Positions 10,780-22,040 of a stretch of 64,000 nucleotides of DNA are shown here, in pieces. Each line of letters starts with the position of its first letter. Position 1 is the stretch's first letter. The stretch is from positions 744,001 through 808,000 of the forward strand of contig BAAIJX010000005.1 of the NCBI GenBank assembly GCA_054600435.1, written 5' to 3'. Source of the DNA: Neophaeotheca triangularis. Taxonomy: Eukaryota. The notes under the pieces are model-generated. The model ran no database searches. It was not told where the DNA came from and was given only the letters and a program-made list of their open reading frames with translations. The translations under genes and the position numbers were made by a program.

Positions 10780-10813
10780 GACGTCGCCGACCATTATTTC
10801 GGTTCCGAAATCA

Positions 10814-10824
10814 TTTTATATATA
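10814..10824 (-). promoter_or_regulatory. TATA box of the ncRNA
   Basis: TATATATAAAA begins 32 nt upstream of the first paired G (10792). Confidence 0.7.
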
Positions 10825-11169
10825 GCTTCATTTAATTTGTCTTCGAAGTGAGAGACTGCAGGCGCTACGTCACTAGGCTGTCGGTGCCGTCATCAAGAGA
10901 GGATAGCCTCAGGCATGCCGCTGTAAGGGGTCCAAGCGTACTGAAATGGGCAGATTCGATCGCACTGTAGGGGGCGCCTGAGGGGCCTACAAGCGATAAG
11001 CCTTCACTCAATATCGGGCCTGGGTGGAGGGGGCGTCCTTCCTTCAACCGCAGTTACTCACCCCATGCTGAATAGATGTGTATTTTCCTTTGGACTCAGG
11101 GATTGCCTTGCTATATCGAAGCCTCGCTCTTTCCGGAATTTTCTTGCTGGTGCATGACAGCCTTCAGGC

Positions 11170-11466
11170 TTACTCTTTCTTCTGGGTCTCTTGGGACTTC
11201 TCGCTCGAACCGGCTTCTCCCTGCTTGACTTCCCCGACATCCTGCTGGTCTTTCTCGGCCTGTGCCAGCAACATCTCAATCTTCGCCTCCATACTGCTCA
11301 GCTGGTTCTCCAACGCTGTCGCAGTCCGTTCGCCCTTTGCGAGCTCTTGGAAGGCCTGCGAGGGGCATCAGCGAAAGCTCGACGGAAGACTGATGGCAAT
11401 TCTCACTTTCGCCAGGTCTGCCTCATCCGTACCCTCCGACGAGGCTTGTGGCTTCTCCGGCGCCAT
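11170..11466 (-). CDS. Small 81-aa coiled-coil protein, 2 exons (11466-11407, 11355-11170); absent from ORF track
   Basis: MAPEKPQASSEGTDEADLAK|AFQELAKGERTATALENQLSSMEAKIEMLLAQAEK..KKE*; GTGAGA..GCTGAT..CAG intron, phase 0. Confidence 0.78.
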
Positions 11467-11761
11467 TTTCGCACGATATTGTGTCGAGGGAGAATGAGAT
11501 GTCGTCTGAAGTCTGGCTGGAGTGGACTGGCAACTGGGACGCGGCTAGATCGATCGCCGACGGGATTTGACTTTAATTGGCTGTTGGGATTCCCGTCTGT
11601 ATTGATAATCAATTATTAATGCCCGTCGTTTAGATGTCGTCCACTATCTTCTTCGACTCATCTCGGCCCCGTAACATACCTCGCTCGCTGTGATTGTTGG
11701 TTTATTGATCGTAGAGTATCGAGCCAAGTAAACGAAGATCCCAGGGTATAGACACGGGACC

Positions 11762-12958
11762 ATGACCACCGACACAAGCTCAACAGAGATGCAGGCCAAT
11801 GACCGGGCGCTAGCATCGGGCTGTCGCATCAAGGACCTGTTTACTCCCCGAGCACGATCATCGCGAAGAAACGTCGACCACGAAACGGTCCCCCAAACCT
11901 CTACCGAACGTCTCGAGGCATCGTTGGACGAGGATGTCAACCAGGCCTTACTCTCGACGGAGAAGAAACGAAGCGTGTTGTACCTCGCTTACGGCTCAAA
12001 CCTCGCAGCCGAGACCTTTAAGGGTGTTCGAGGCGTCAAGCCAATCTCGCAGATCAATGTTCAGGTGCCATCGCTCAGATTGACATTTGATCTGCCCGGC
12101 ATCGCATACGCAGAGCCATGCTTTGCAAACACGGCCTTGAGGGACCCAGATAACGATCCGTCGCCGACTGCGCCCTCGGATGGAGACAACGAAAAGGGCG
12201 AGGTGCTGCCTATAGCTAGGAACGAGGATTATCACAAAAGAAGATGGCACAAGGGGTTGGTCGGAGTAGTCTACGAAGTCACGGCAGAAGATTATGCTCA
12301 CATAATCACAACGGAAGGCGGCGGCTCATCGTATCAGGACGTACTAGTCAACTGCCATCCATTTGAATCCGACGACCCAGCGGTCCCTTTGCCGCAGAAC
12401 CCAAGCAGACCGCCATTCAAAGCACACACTCTCTTTGCACCGGCGAAGCCACCCGGCGAGAAGCCTCCGGAGGGCGGTCGTTTTCAGCGGCCGGATACCG
12501 ACTATGCTCAGCCATCGGCTCGGTATCTCAAGCTGCTCACTGATGGCGCCTCAGAGCACGAGTTGCCTTACGAGTACCAAGACTATTTGCATCAGATCCG
12601 ACCATACACCATCACTACGAACAAGCAGCTGCTTGGACAGTTCATCTTCCTAGCTCTATGGTCGCCTTTCATCACGATGATATTTGCACTTGGCAGAAGG
12701 TTCAATGATAAGAAAGGCCGGTCGCCGCCATGGCTGAAGCAGCTCAGTAGCGCTATTTTTTCTGGGTGCTGGGCCAGTTACGACGGCCTATTCGAGCCCC
12801 TTTTCGGAGATGGCGAGAGAACCATTGCCGATGGCGGCAAAGGCAGCGAGGGTGGCGATGACGAAGAAAAAGAAGGGGCAAGTTATCCTAACCCATGCCT
12901 GATTGACGAAGATGGGATATCTCGCTTGGAGAAAGGAATAAGTGACGACGAGCACTAG
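11762..12958 (+). CDS. GliK-like gamma-glutamylcyclotransferase-fold protein
   Basis: YLAYGSNL, PGIAYAEPCFA, LVGVVYEVT, IITTEGGGSSY, PSARYLKLL, C-terminal hydrophobic segment. Confidence 0.85.
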   Translation: MTTDTSSTEMQANDRALASGCRIKDLFTPRARSSRRNVDHETVPQTSTERLEASLDEDVNQALLSTEKKRSVLYLAYGSNLAAETFKGVRGVKPISQINVQVPSLRLTFDLPGIAYAEPCFANTALRDPDNDPSPTAPSDGDNEKGEVLPIARNEDYHKRRWHKGLVGVVYEVTAEDYAHIITTEGGGSSYQDVLVNCHPFESDDPAVPLPQNPSRPPFKAHTLFAPAKPPGEKPPEGGRFQRPDTDYAQPSARYLKLLTDGASEHELPYEYQDYLHQIRPYTITTNKQLLGQFIFLALWSPFITMIFALGRRFNDKKGRSPPWLKQLSSAIFSGCWASYDGLFEPLFGDGERTIADGGKGSEGGDDEEKEGASYPNPCLIDEDGISRLEKGISDDEH

Positions 12959-13215
12959 CCATGGGCTTTGGCTGCCGTGTAGAGCAGTTGTCCTGTCTCA
13001 GCTCTGTGAGAATGCCTTTTCAATGTTTTATTACGGTTCGGTTCAAGTGCTTTTCGCGCTTCTCTTGACTACGGTATACACCTGACATGTCACGTGCCAG
13101 CGCGCCCCTTCCGTGACTTGACGCGGCGAGCAGGCTTCAGCTCAGGCTTCCCATCAGCACCTTCACTTCATCTCGCACCGAGTAGGTTTTTTAAATCGTT
13201 TCGCGATGCACAACC

Positions 13216-16200
13216 ATGGCGCGGACTCTTGTATCGCAAGAAACTTCTGAAGCACTAGACGTCAGTCAGGATTACGAAACCCCGCCCAAAGCCTCGATCC
13301 CCCTTGACAATCAGCCTGAGCTCGCGGTTTCCCAAGCCGACGATAGTACCCAACTTGTCAAAGACTCACTTGAGAACCACGAGGGTGGCGCGGTGCAACT
13401 ACCAGGCTTTCAGGCAGCCGCTGAAGACAACCAGGACGACTTGTACGAGACGAGTCCCCAAGCAAAGGTCCAGCTGGTCCAAAAATCGGCGACCCAGCGA
13501 GCTTCCCAAACACAAGTCACCCAACCATTCAAGAATCAGCAGCGTGAAGCAGTCTTACAGAAAGGGAAATCTTCTGGCCAAGGGTCTCCACGAGAGACGC
13601 ACAGTCAAGGCCCTGTGGTGGATGCTCAGCAAGGCGTCCAAGCGCAGCAAGCATACTCGGAAACCTCCCAGGCTGTGAAAGCCTCTACTTCGGCAGTGCT
13701 CGCAAAAGGTTCGCATTCGATCCCAACGTCTTGAAGTGCACTACTAATGCCTCACCGCTCAGAGCGCGGACAGCACGGCCTGCCGGCAGCTGTTTTCTCC
13801 CCGAGCAGCAAGAGTTTGACTAGGTCCGAACGTCTCCAGGACAAATTTGAGCCATTTTCTGTTGCCGACCCAGTCACAGACCCCTTCGCCAAAGCGATGC
13901 CGAGCCAACGCACTAGAGCTTCGGGCTCCCAGGTTCCGCCTATCCAGACGTCTCATCCAAAGAGCAAAATCTCAGCAGCATTTGCAGCATCAGGAGCATA
14001 TGTCAATGGCTCCTACGCCCGCCAACTCGGCAAGTCAGGAAAAGCATTTCCTGCTTCTGCACCAACGACAACGACCAGCATCGCGCCCGCGGCTGCTTCA
14101 ACCCCTCTGACATCGATGGAACTGCTAAAGGCCCGGAAGAACGCCAACGCTTCCTCTCAACATCCCGCTTCTGGCAGTCAAATCTCCGCACGAGATGGAT
14201 TTAGAGCCATGGAAGCCAATGCCTCTTATCAGGCTTCGACTGCACCTCCTGTAAAGACCTCTACTGCAGCTAGCCTTGCCGGCGAGCCTAATGGGACCTC
14301 GACAGCAGCTGTTATCGGTGACACCGCTTCCACAGGCAAGCCCGGGAACGATCCAAACGGACTCCAGGAGTCAGCCGGGGGTAAGAAGACAAGGCAAGCG
14401 AACGTAACAGCGAAGAAGAAAGGCGCCGCCCAGACAAAGAAAGACAATCAGCCACTAGCAAAAAGGGCAAAGCAGGCCGCGCAGCGTTCAAGCACCGCCG
14501 CTCACACTCGGAAGGACAATGGCAAGGGTCAAACGCAGGTCGGCGGGGAAGTGGAATCGAGCACGCGAATCACAAGGGCGGCAGCAAAACGACGCAATGA
14601 AAAGCCAGCCGGCATGTACGCAGAGAAGAGCTCTTCTGATGAGCCTGATGAGCTCAGCGTAAAATATAAAATCACGAACGGTGGCCAAAATTTCGCAAAT
14701 TCTGTCCCCAAGGAGCGTCGCAAGGGTGAAGCAAAGGTAATCGCAAAAGGCGCTGAAGAGCCATTAGCGTCAGGAAAGGAGGGCAAGTCCCATGAGAAGG
14801 CTGTTGAATCGGATCTGGTCACAAAGCCTAGCGTGGAAGACATGTCGCATTCCGGAGGGGCTGTCGTCAACGGGAAGGCCAAGCAGATAGAGGCACCCAA
14901 GTCGATGCCACCAGCGGGAAATGGCGTGCATATCAACTCTTCAGTCCCGCCTGGCGCATCTCAAGACGCCCCTATAGTCTTATCGGACCGACCCGAACAG
15001 TCTTCTGACCCAGAGCTCGAACCTGCCGACAAGCTAGCGGCACCAGTGGCTGTTCAGCCCCAACCGCGTGGTGTCGCCCATCATGTGCAAGCTCCAGAGA
15101 CACCGGCCAACCTTCGCTCCAGCCCACCGCTAAGAAATGTCGCTGAGCGTCAATCGAACGCAACCAGTCGTATACAGGATAGCGGAGATCGAAAGCCCAA
15201 GATCATTGGCTTCAGCAGAGCAGGCCCGCTTAATCAGGGGTCTGCTTCTGCTCGCAAACAGCAGCTTCACTCCGCATCGATGTATCGGCCCATTGAACTC
15301 ACTCAGAAAATCCCTTTAGCTGCCGAATGCTCTCGAGGTGCAGATTATCCCGGATTGCGGCGGACAGTTGACCGCTCATCTATGGCCCCAAGTGCGAGGT
15401 CGACTCGTACAGATAGATCGGCTGCTCCTAGCAACGTTGCCGAGGACGTTTCAGAGGCTCTTGCGGGCCTTCTTGGTAGACTTACGGCTCCTGCAGACCT
15501 CTCACAATCGCGACATGCGAAGGCAGATATTGTCGAAGCTCCTGCCAAGCAATCTCAGATGGCGTCGGTCGAGCCAAACGAAGACGACGAAGGATATGTC
15601 GCCGTTGATGACTTTGAAGGGCCACCTTTTGCGCAGCACGATGAAATACCCGCTGCCGAAGACCTTCAACGGCCCACTGATTCCCAGATCGCGATGCCCC
15701 CTCCGCCAAGTAAACCAGTACCAATGCCCAAGGTACAGCGCGCCCCGATCGGCCCGGTAATGCTAGGAGGTCACGTAGCTTCTCGCCCACACGCCGATAC
15801 TCCACGCCGTGCGCAGTTCTCAGTGTCCCCAAAACGAGCTGCTGAGGAACCATCCTTGGATTCTCCTCCAGCAAAGCACCAAAAAGCGAGATCGACGCCT
15901 TTCAACCAACCTGACGATAACGGTGGCTATGCATTGGCTAATGACAACCACTCAGCACGTCAGACTCACGCAAACTCCAGCACAGATCTGATCCTCGATA
16001 CCAGTGCAAGAAAATACTCATCCAGAGCAGCTGCCGAGTCTCAAGTGCAGGCCCCTCCCAAAACTGACTCGAACCTGCAACTGCGTGGTCAACGCAAAGC
16101 CAGTAGATACAGCTCGCAAGGTCAGACTGTCGATGTCCACGGAAGCCCCGTTCCAGATGCTCTAGATGTTCCGTACCGCGCCACTGTATTAGAGACGTTC

Positions 16201-17112
16201 TCGCAACAAAACCAGGGGTCTTCAGAAGACGGCGCAGTCTTGAACGCAATCACCAGCACCAGAAAGAGCGACATTGGTGGCAACGCTGCGCTTTCAGCCA
16301 GGCCCACTCGGAAGCTCTCGCGCAACGCCAAGACTATGCCAGGCCTACCAGACACCGAGTCGCGGGCTCCCGCTGACATGGTCTCTGGAAGGCTCGCGAG
16401 TCGACATCTTGTTCGTAACCAAAAGAGTTCAGAGCCAGATCCTTTCACAAGCTCCGAAGATGCGACAGCCCAGGGCCAACAGCGTCGCCGAACATCTGCC
16501 TTCCTTACCCAGTTGATGGAGGGTGTAGCAAAAGAGCAACGCGATGCTAGGATCGGCAATAGCAACGACCAGATCAATGATGGCGAGCAGCCGGACCCAG
16601 ATGAAACGTTGGTAGAGCCAGAGCCGACAAAACGAGTGCGCCACGGCAAAACGAAGGACTACGAGTCTGAAAGCGAATCTTCCTCCTCCGGTTCCTCGGT
16701 CAGCTCTGAAGAGACTGTCATTATCGAGGAGGACGACATGGTCACTTGGCGAAACGGACTAAAGCCTCACCAGATGAACCTCTTCGACGAGCTTGTCAGT
16801 GTCTCTCACCAATTGGTCCGCCACATCGTCGACAAGGAAACTGCAACCCAGCACATCCTGTCTGACTACCGTCGTCGTGGTGAGAATCTTATCAAGCAGA
16901 TGCAGCTTCTGCACAAAGCGAGAAGAAGTGAACACATCGAGTCATTGAAGAAGAGGAAGAGGGCTGTCGGCGAGCAGCTGGATAGGGCCGTGGACGAGCT
17001 CGGGAGACTACGGGCTGGTATCGAGAACGAACCCGCCGACGAGCCTACGTCAAAAAGATCTCGCCTCGATGCTGATGCGGCCTTGCAGCAAGCCCTTGAG
17101 GTGTTCTGCTGA
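13216..17112 (+). CDS. Large low-complexity protein with C-terminal coiled coil (intron 13709-13762)
   Basis: Two long same-frame ORFs joined by a 54-nt GTTCGC..TACTAAT..CAG intron; S/P/Q/A-rich; C-terminal helical block WRNGLKPHQ..LVRHIVDKE. Confidence 0.75.
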
Positions 17113-17845
17113 AAATTTTGCTCGTTGGCTGACATTGCTCACTCGTACGGCGTAGCAAGCGGTAGTCGTCGAGCTTGCGTGTGTCTTCAGATTTGATCTT
17201 GCTTGTGGGATCGTAGGTAGTCTGATAACAATAATACGTAGCTATTTGTATGCTCATCTGGGGCTGATTTCGCGGAAGCTACTTCATGCTCAATGAATTG
17301 GTGTCAGTGCTTCGAGAACTGGAAACAGCAACAAGCCAAGACGATTTTCCCTTCACCACGCTCGCCGCAGGGCACTTTGATTTTTGACAAACGGCTTCAG
17401 CATCAAACATCGATTCATCGAAGGGACATGCCTGACCGTCCATCTAACGAGAGCGTCGTAAATGGGATGGAAGGTGGCAGAGCGAAGAGCTTGACGATCA
17501 ACTCCGCTCGAAACAGTCAGCGCATACGTACATGAGGTACTTACTGTACCTAGGCATGGGGTACAGAGGCTCTCGACACGAGGAGGCGGCCGCATTCTTA
17601 CGCACTTTGCAGAGTGGTTATAGGTACAGGATACGAGGCGCTACGACGTCAAGGATTCACGACCAAGGCTCGAAGCCAACTCAGTCGGCAACAAGCTTCG
17701 TAATGTTTCTATGTAAGTTTTGACAGGAAATCTTGAGCTCGACAAAATGGTGAAAGAATGAGTCGAATTCGCACAGAGAGATGATCGGCTACCATGCGGT
17801 TTCATGTTCTCGCTTTGAATGCCTCGAAGCCGTTCCCAAGGGTCC

Positions 17846-18809
17846 TTAAGACAGAGGCGGCTTCTGCCCTCCCTGCACCTTACCAAAAGGCGTATCCGGC
17901 CGGGCCAACATCTCCCCATCAAGCTCAATATCCACCTTTTCGTTATAAAAGCAGCACAACCTAGACATCACAAACAAGATTAGCTCCAAAACCCTGTACA
18001 CATCTCATGCCCTTCGCAATGAAAAAAAAAAAAAGCGAAATGAAAAATAGCAAAGAAAGGAGAGAAAAAACTCACCCCTCAACCTTCGCACACTCCAACG
18101 CGGGCCTGTCATAAAACCAAACCACGTCCTCCCACCTCTCCCCTCCCTCGCCCCTTAGATCAACCGAATAATACTCCGCCTCGCCCTTGTACGGACACTG
18201 CGTGCGCGTCTCCGTCCGCCTCAAAACCCCCACATCGACAGCCGTAAGCGGCAAGTAGAACCTCGCGGGCAACCCCGTCTCGTACAAATGCATTGCGCTG
18301 CTGCTCTCGGCGATGGTGCGTCCGGCTATGGAGACCTTGATGGGTCGCGTTGAGTGCAGGATGTCGATGCGTTTGAAGGGGTCTTTGGGGTGGACGTGGA
18401 TGGGAGTCGATTCTTCGAGCCACTGGTCCACGGCGGCGAAGGAGATTTTGACGAGGTCGGCGAGCGGGGCCGCGGCACCGCTGAGGTCGGCGGCGAAGTG
18501 GATTATCTCGGTTGTGGTGCGGGATCCCAGGGTGAGTTTGAGCTGGGTGGCGAGGACGGCGCCAGTGGTTGGATGGGTTATGGGCGTCTGCGGGGTGAAG
18601 ATGGAGTCGAAGTTGGGGAAGGCGGAGGTCGGGAGGTAGAATTGTGGGTAGTAGGGGTGTTCCCAGACGTAGAGGGCGGAGGTTGTGCGGGCGATGTATG
18701 TGTGGGCGAAGACAATTTGGACTAGGCGTGGGGTTGGGAGGGTTTTGTGAGGACCTTGGGTCGCCATTTTGAGGGCGATGTCTTGGATGGGGAGCGGCTT
18801 GGGGGACAT
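17846..18809 (-). CDS. DUF427 (tandem) family protein (intron 18075-17961)
   Basis: VWEHPYYPQFYLP, HPKDPFKRIDIL, LYETGLPARFYLP, TQCPYKGEAEYY, spliced to G|LCCFYNEKVDIELDG. Confidence 0.9.
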
Positions 18810-19230
18810 TTTGGCGTGGTTTTGTGTCTTGTCCAGGGGATTCTGGTTTGATGGGTGTTGGATGTTGAGGTTCGGTGTTGATGAATTCAAGTTTGTCAAG
18901 GTCTGGGCAGGTCTTCAGTTATGTGACGTCCTTACTGTTGTTGCATCGGTTCCCGTAGGCGGAGCAATCTTATTGCGATTGTATGACGTGGAATGGCCGC
19001 GAGGTCTTCAAGTGTTGCTGTCGTTGCGATGATGAAGTCGCTGGATGTAGGTGGTAAGGCCCATATTAAGCGCAAGATTAGTAATACCAGCTGCAAAGAG
19101 GGGTTTGCATTACCTTCGAACTTACCTTCAACATGCTGAGAGATTTGAAAATGAACGAGATTGAGAGGCTCCTTTGTGCAGAACGGCACTTCAGATCGCA
19201 GGTGAACACCGAGAGTCGTACAGCTCTAGC

Positions 19231-20685
19231 CTACCTCCTCCCAGTCTTCCTACGGCGTCCAGCGCCTCCATCACCACCGGCTCCAACAGGCACACGACTA
19301 ATACCATACCCGCCGTTGCCACCATGCTGCTCAGGCACCATCTCGACCTGCACGCCCTGATCGTCAGAGGAGGAAGACGAAGAGCTTCCGGCCTGACCTC
19401 TCACTTCCTGACTCAGGCCACTACCCTTTCTACCGCTGGATCCGGCCGTCATTTGAGGGTCCGAATGCCCTCTCGGCGCTAATGGACTCGAGCCGGGCGC
19501 TACTCTACGTAGTGTGGAGCCGTAGAGGACGTCTGGAGGACCGCTGACATTCCGTCGAGCTCCTGCAGTCGCGGCCCCTGGCGCTGCAGGCCCGGGACCG
19601 TAATCGTCGCGGTAGGAAGGCGAGTATTGTTGAGCGTTGGAAGCGGAGCGTGTGCGAGGAGCGGTAGGCTGATACCAGTCTGGCTCGTCTGGGATCGAAG
19701 TGTGTGAGCTGGACGAAGGCGGTCGCATGCCGGCAGGTGGAGGGTAGAAGCGAGGATGGTAGGCTTGGTAGCTAGGCTCTGGAGGGGTTGATTCTCTGCG
19801 TGAATGTTTCGAGGTAGACCGGGAACGTGCACGAGGAGCTGTATTTGGCGGAGAGTAGTAGATTGGTGTGAAGACGGGTTCTCCGTCTGGGCCGGGTACG
19901 AAGATGCCGGGAGCGCCCTGGGGAGTGTAGTCTTGCGGAGCCTGCTCTGCAGATGGTCGTCTATTCATTTTTGGCTTGGATTTAGAAGCCGTCGGTGAGC
20001 TTTGTCCAAAAAGGCTGAGGCTTGCTTTTCTGCCCTTTTTCTGACTTGCGAGATTGGTTGAGCTATTGGATCGACTGCCGGCCTTGCCTTTCTGTTTCTG
20101 AGGTGTCGCAGGAGGGGAAGCAAGTGGCACTCGCGGTGGAGGCGGTGGCTGAACCAGCGGCTGGTTGGTCCTGCGCTCGATTGCATCCATTTCCTCGATT
20201 GATAAGTTTACGTTCGCCTTGCCCGTCGCTCTCGCCCTTGCAAGCTGATCCATTGCCGACTGATAAGCCATATCCTCTTGGTAGCCCGTACTTCTAGCAT
20301 TCCTGTAGTCTTGCGTAGCATATCCGTACCCATCATATTCAGGACCCGCAGAAACACCTTTGCCAGAACTCCGCCTATCCTGTCCAATGTCGTAGCCAGT
20401 GAAATGTAGTTCATCGCTCGCAAAACCCCTAGAGCCCGCTCTTAAGCCACGACCATCCAAGTATACACCCTGTCCATCATCCTCCTCGCTCTCAACTTCC
20501 TCAACACGCTCGCCGTAGCGAACAGGCTGGCGGAACTCCCAGTCCTGCGGATGTCTTCGCCTACCACCGCTACCGGGGGTCCCGGATGGTCTTCCCTCGT
20601 AGGGCGAAGAGTCTGGCGCGGCCGACCATCTAGACCGCCTCTTCTGAAAAACTATTCTCGATGGGCTTATCGAAGAAGCTCGCAT
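19231..20685 (-). CDS. Ser/Pro/Arg-rich hypothetical protein overlapping the 3' end of YIP3; start uncertain
   Basis: Long open frame with a helical core (YQSAMDQLARARATGKANVNLSIEEMDAIERR). The only early in-frame ATG lies inside the YIP3 CDS. Confidence 0.65.
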   Translation of the reverse strand: MRASSISPSRIVFQKRRSRWSAAPDSSPYEGRPSGTPGSGGRRRHPQDWEFRQPVRYGERVEEVESEEDDGQGVYLDGRGLRAGSRGFASDELHFTGYDIGQDRRSSGKGVSAGPEYDGYGYATQDYRNARSTGYQEDMAYQSAMDQLARARATGKANVNLSIEEMDAIERRTNQPLVQPPPPPRVPLASPPATPQKQKGKAGSRSNSSTNLASQKKGRKASLSLFGQSSPTASKSKPKMNRRPSAEQAPQDYTPQGAPGIFVPGPDGEPVFTPIYYSPPNTAPRARSRSTSKHSRRESTPPEPSYQAYHPRFYPPPAGMRPPSSSSHTSIPDEPDWYQPTAPRTRSASNAQQYSPSYRDDYGPGPAAPGAATAGARRNVSGPPDVLYGSTLRRVAPGSSPLAPRGHSDPQMTAGSSGRKGSGLSQEVRGQAGSSSSSSSDDQGVQVEMVPEQHGGNGGYGISRVPVGAGGDGGAGRRRKTGRR

Positions 20686-21163
20686 GACCCAAAATGCCAA
20701 CGCCGCTGGCACCGATGAGCCACAGAACGCTTTGGAAGGGCTTAGCCCAGAAGCCCAAGGGGACTGCTATCACCAAGAGCGTTGTGTATAGCTGTGATGT
20801 CGTTGCGCGCACAAAGCCGAGATCGAGGTCACGGCCCTGCAGTTTGCCGATGCCGTACATTCCTCCCACGACGAGGAGGATCACAAAGGCGAGTGTGAGG
20901 TTTGTGAGTAAGCTGTAGACGGCTAGCATGGCGAAGACGGCGGCGTAATTGCTGCTAAAGTAGGAGAGGTTGTAATTGACGCGGCTCTGGGCCTCGCCAA
21001 AGTTTGCGGGTTTCGAGACGCGCTTGAGGTCGAAGAACTCGCCGATCCACGGCCGCATATTGGCGAAGCGGTTGGTCAACGACTGACTCCGGACCGAGTC
21101 AAAGCGTTCGGAGAAGTTGAGACGACTCGCCAGAGCGTCAATGGGAATGTTGATTCTTGCCAT
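20630..21163 (-). CDS. YIP3: PRA1-family Rab acceptor (Yip3)
   Basis: EFFDLKRVSKP, SRVNYNLSYFSSNY, two hydrophobic hairpins, ILGHASFFDKPIE. Confidence 0.93.
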   Translation of the reverse strand: MARINIPIDALASRLNFSERFDSVRSQSLTNRFANMRPWIGEFFDLKRVSKPANFGEAQSRVNYNLSYFSSNYAAVFAMLAVYSLLTNLTLAFVILLVVGGMYGIGKLQGRDLDLGFVRATTSQLYTTLLVIAVPLGFWAKPFQSVLWLIGASGVGILGHASFFDKPIENSFSEEAV

Positions 21164-22040
21164 GGTCGCGAGCGAATAGGACGTGTGGATACGATGCGAG
21201 GCTGGTTTAGTAGTACCGTAGTCGAGGGGTGTCCACTGGTAAGAGCTAAAAGGGGCAGTTCCAAGTCAACAACAAGACCCCCTTTCAACGCGTGGCTGCA
21301 TCTCGAGCGGGCTGCATGCCATGCCGCCGGCGGGTGGATGCTTTCAGCAAAGACAAAAAGGGGAGAAGACATGGGGGCTTACCGTTGGCCTTTTATTATT
21401 CAGCGTTCGGCGAGGGTGGTTGAAGGAGGTGGATAACGAAGGGCGAAAGTTGGATAGTAACCTCAAACGCAAGCAGTCGGGACCAGGGGGAAGTGGTATC
21501 AAGGAGTTTTGAAATGATGAGAGGATTCATCAGTTCCAGGTCGGATGCCAGAGATGTCCGCCAAGCTTTATTCCGGCCTCCTGTTACACACGCCAGTCCC
21601 GAAGTGGATTACGGTGTATTACCGCATGGCATGTGAATAAGGTACCGTACATAGAGATGGATTATCAAGTAAAAAGACTCAAGAGCCTCGAGAGGTCTAG
21701 GAAGGGGAGAAAAGGAGAAGAAGAGAAAGAAGAAGGAATATATCTCCCATCCCGTCCCCGGTATATACCCAACAAGTTACCTACCTTTATTCGACTCGTT
21801 CTTCCACTACATAGAAAGGTAGTTTAGTAGTACCTCCTAGCTGCAAGCCACAGCACATCATCCGCATTCCGCCCGGGCCCTGTGAATTCGGCCACGTCAC
21901 GTCTCCCTGCACGTCTACTGGTCCCCTCGACTTTTTACAGCACCGCGACCGTTGACCGTGTTTGTTTGCTTCCACACCACCACCACCATCACCTCCTTCG
22001 CCCTCCTCCAACCCCACCAACACACACGCCAGCTCCAAAA

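Larger units (their letters stand above)
10528..10792 (-). ncRNA. Unassigned structured Pol III-type ncRNA, ~265 nt
   Basis: Closing stem GGUCGGCGACGUCUGGUGUA (10792-10773) / UACACCAGGCGUAGCCGACC (10608-10589); three UGYG-UGSUWUCC-CGCA hairpins; 3' hairpin; U6; TATA, A box and B box in the expected positions. Confidence 0.8.

Noticed and set aside
10589..10792. MITE with 20-bp terminal inverted repeats
   Set aside because: No target-site duplication or second copy in the window. Strand-specific G-U pairs, an external 3' hairpin and Pol III signals fit an RNA gene better.
11762..12958. Gliotoxin/ETP biosynthetic cluster around the GliK-like gene
   Set aside because: No NRPS, GST, thioredoxin reductase or other cluster genes nearby.
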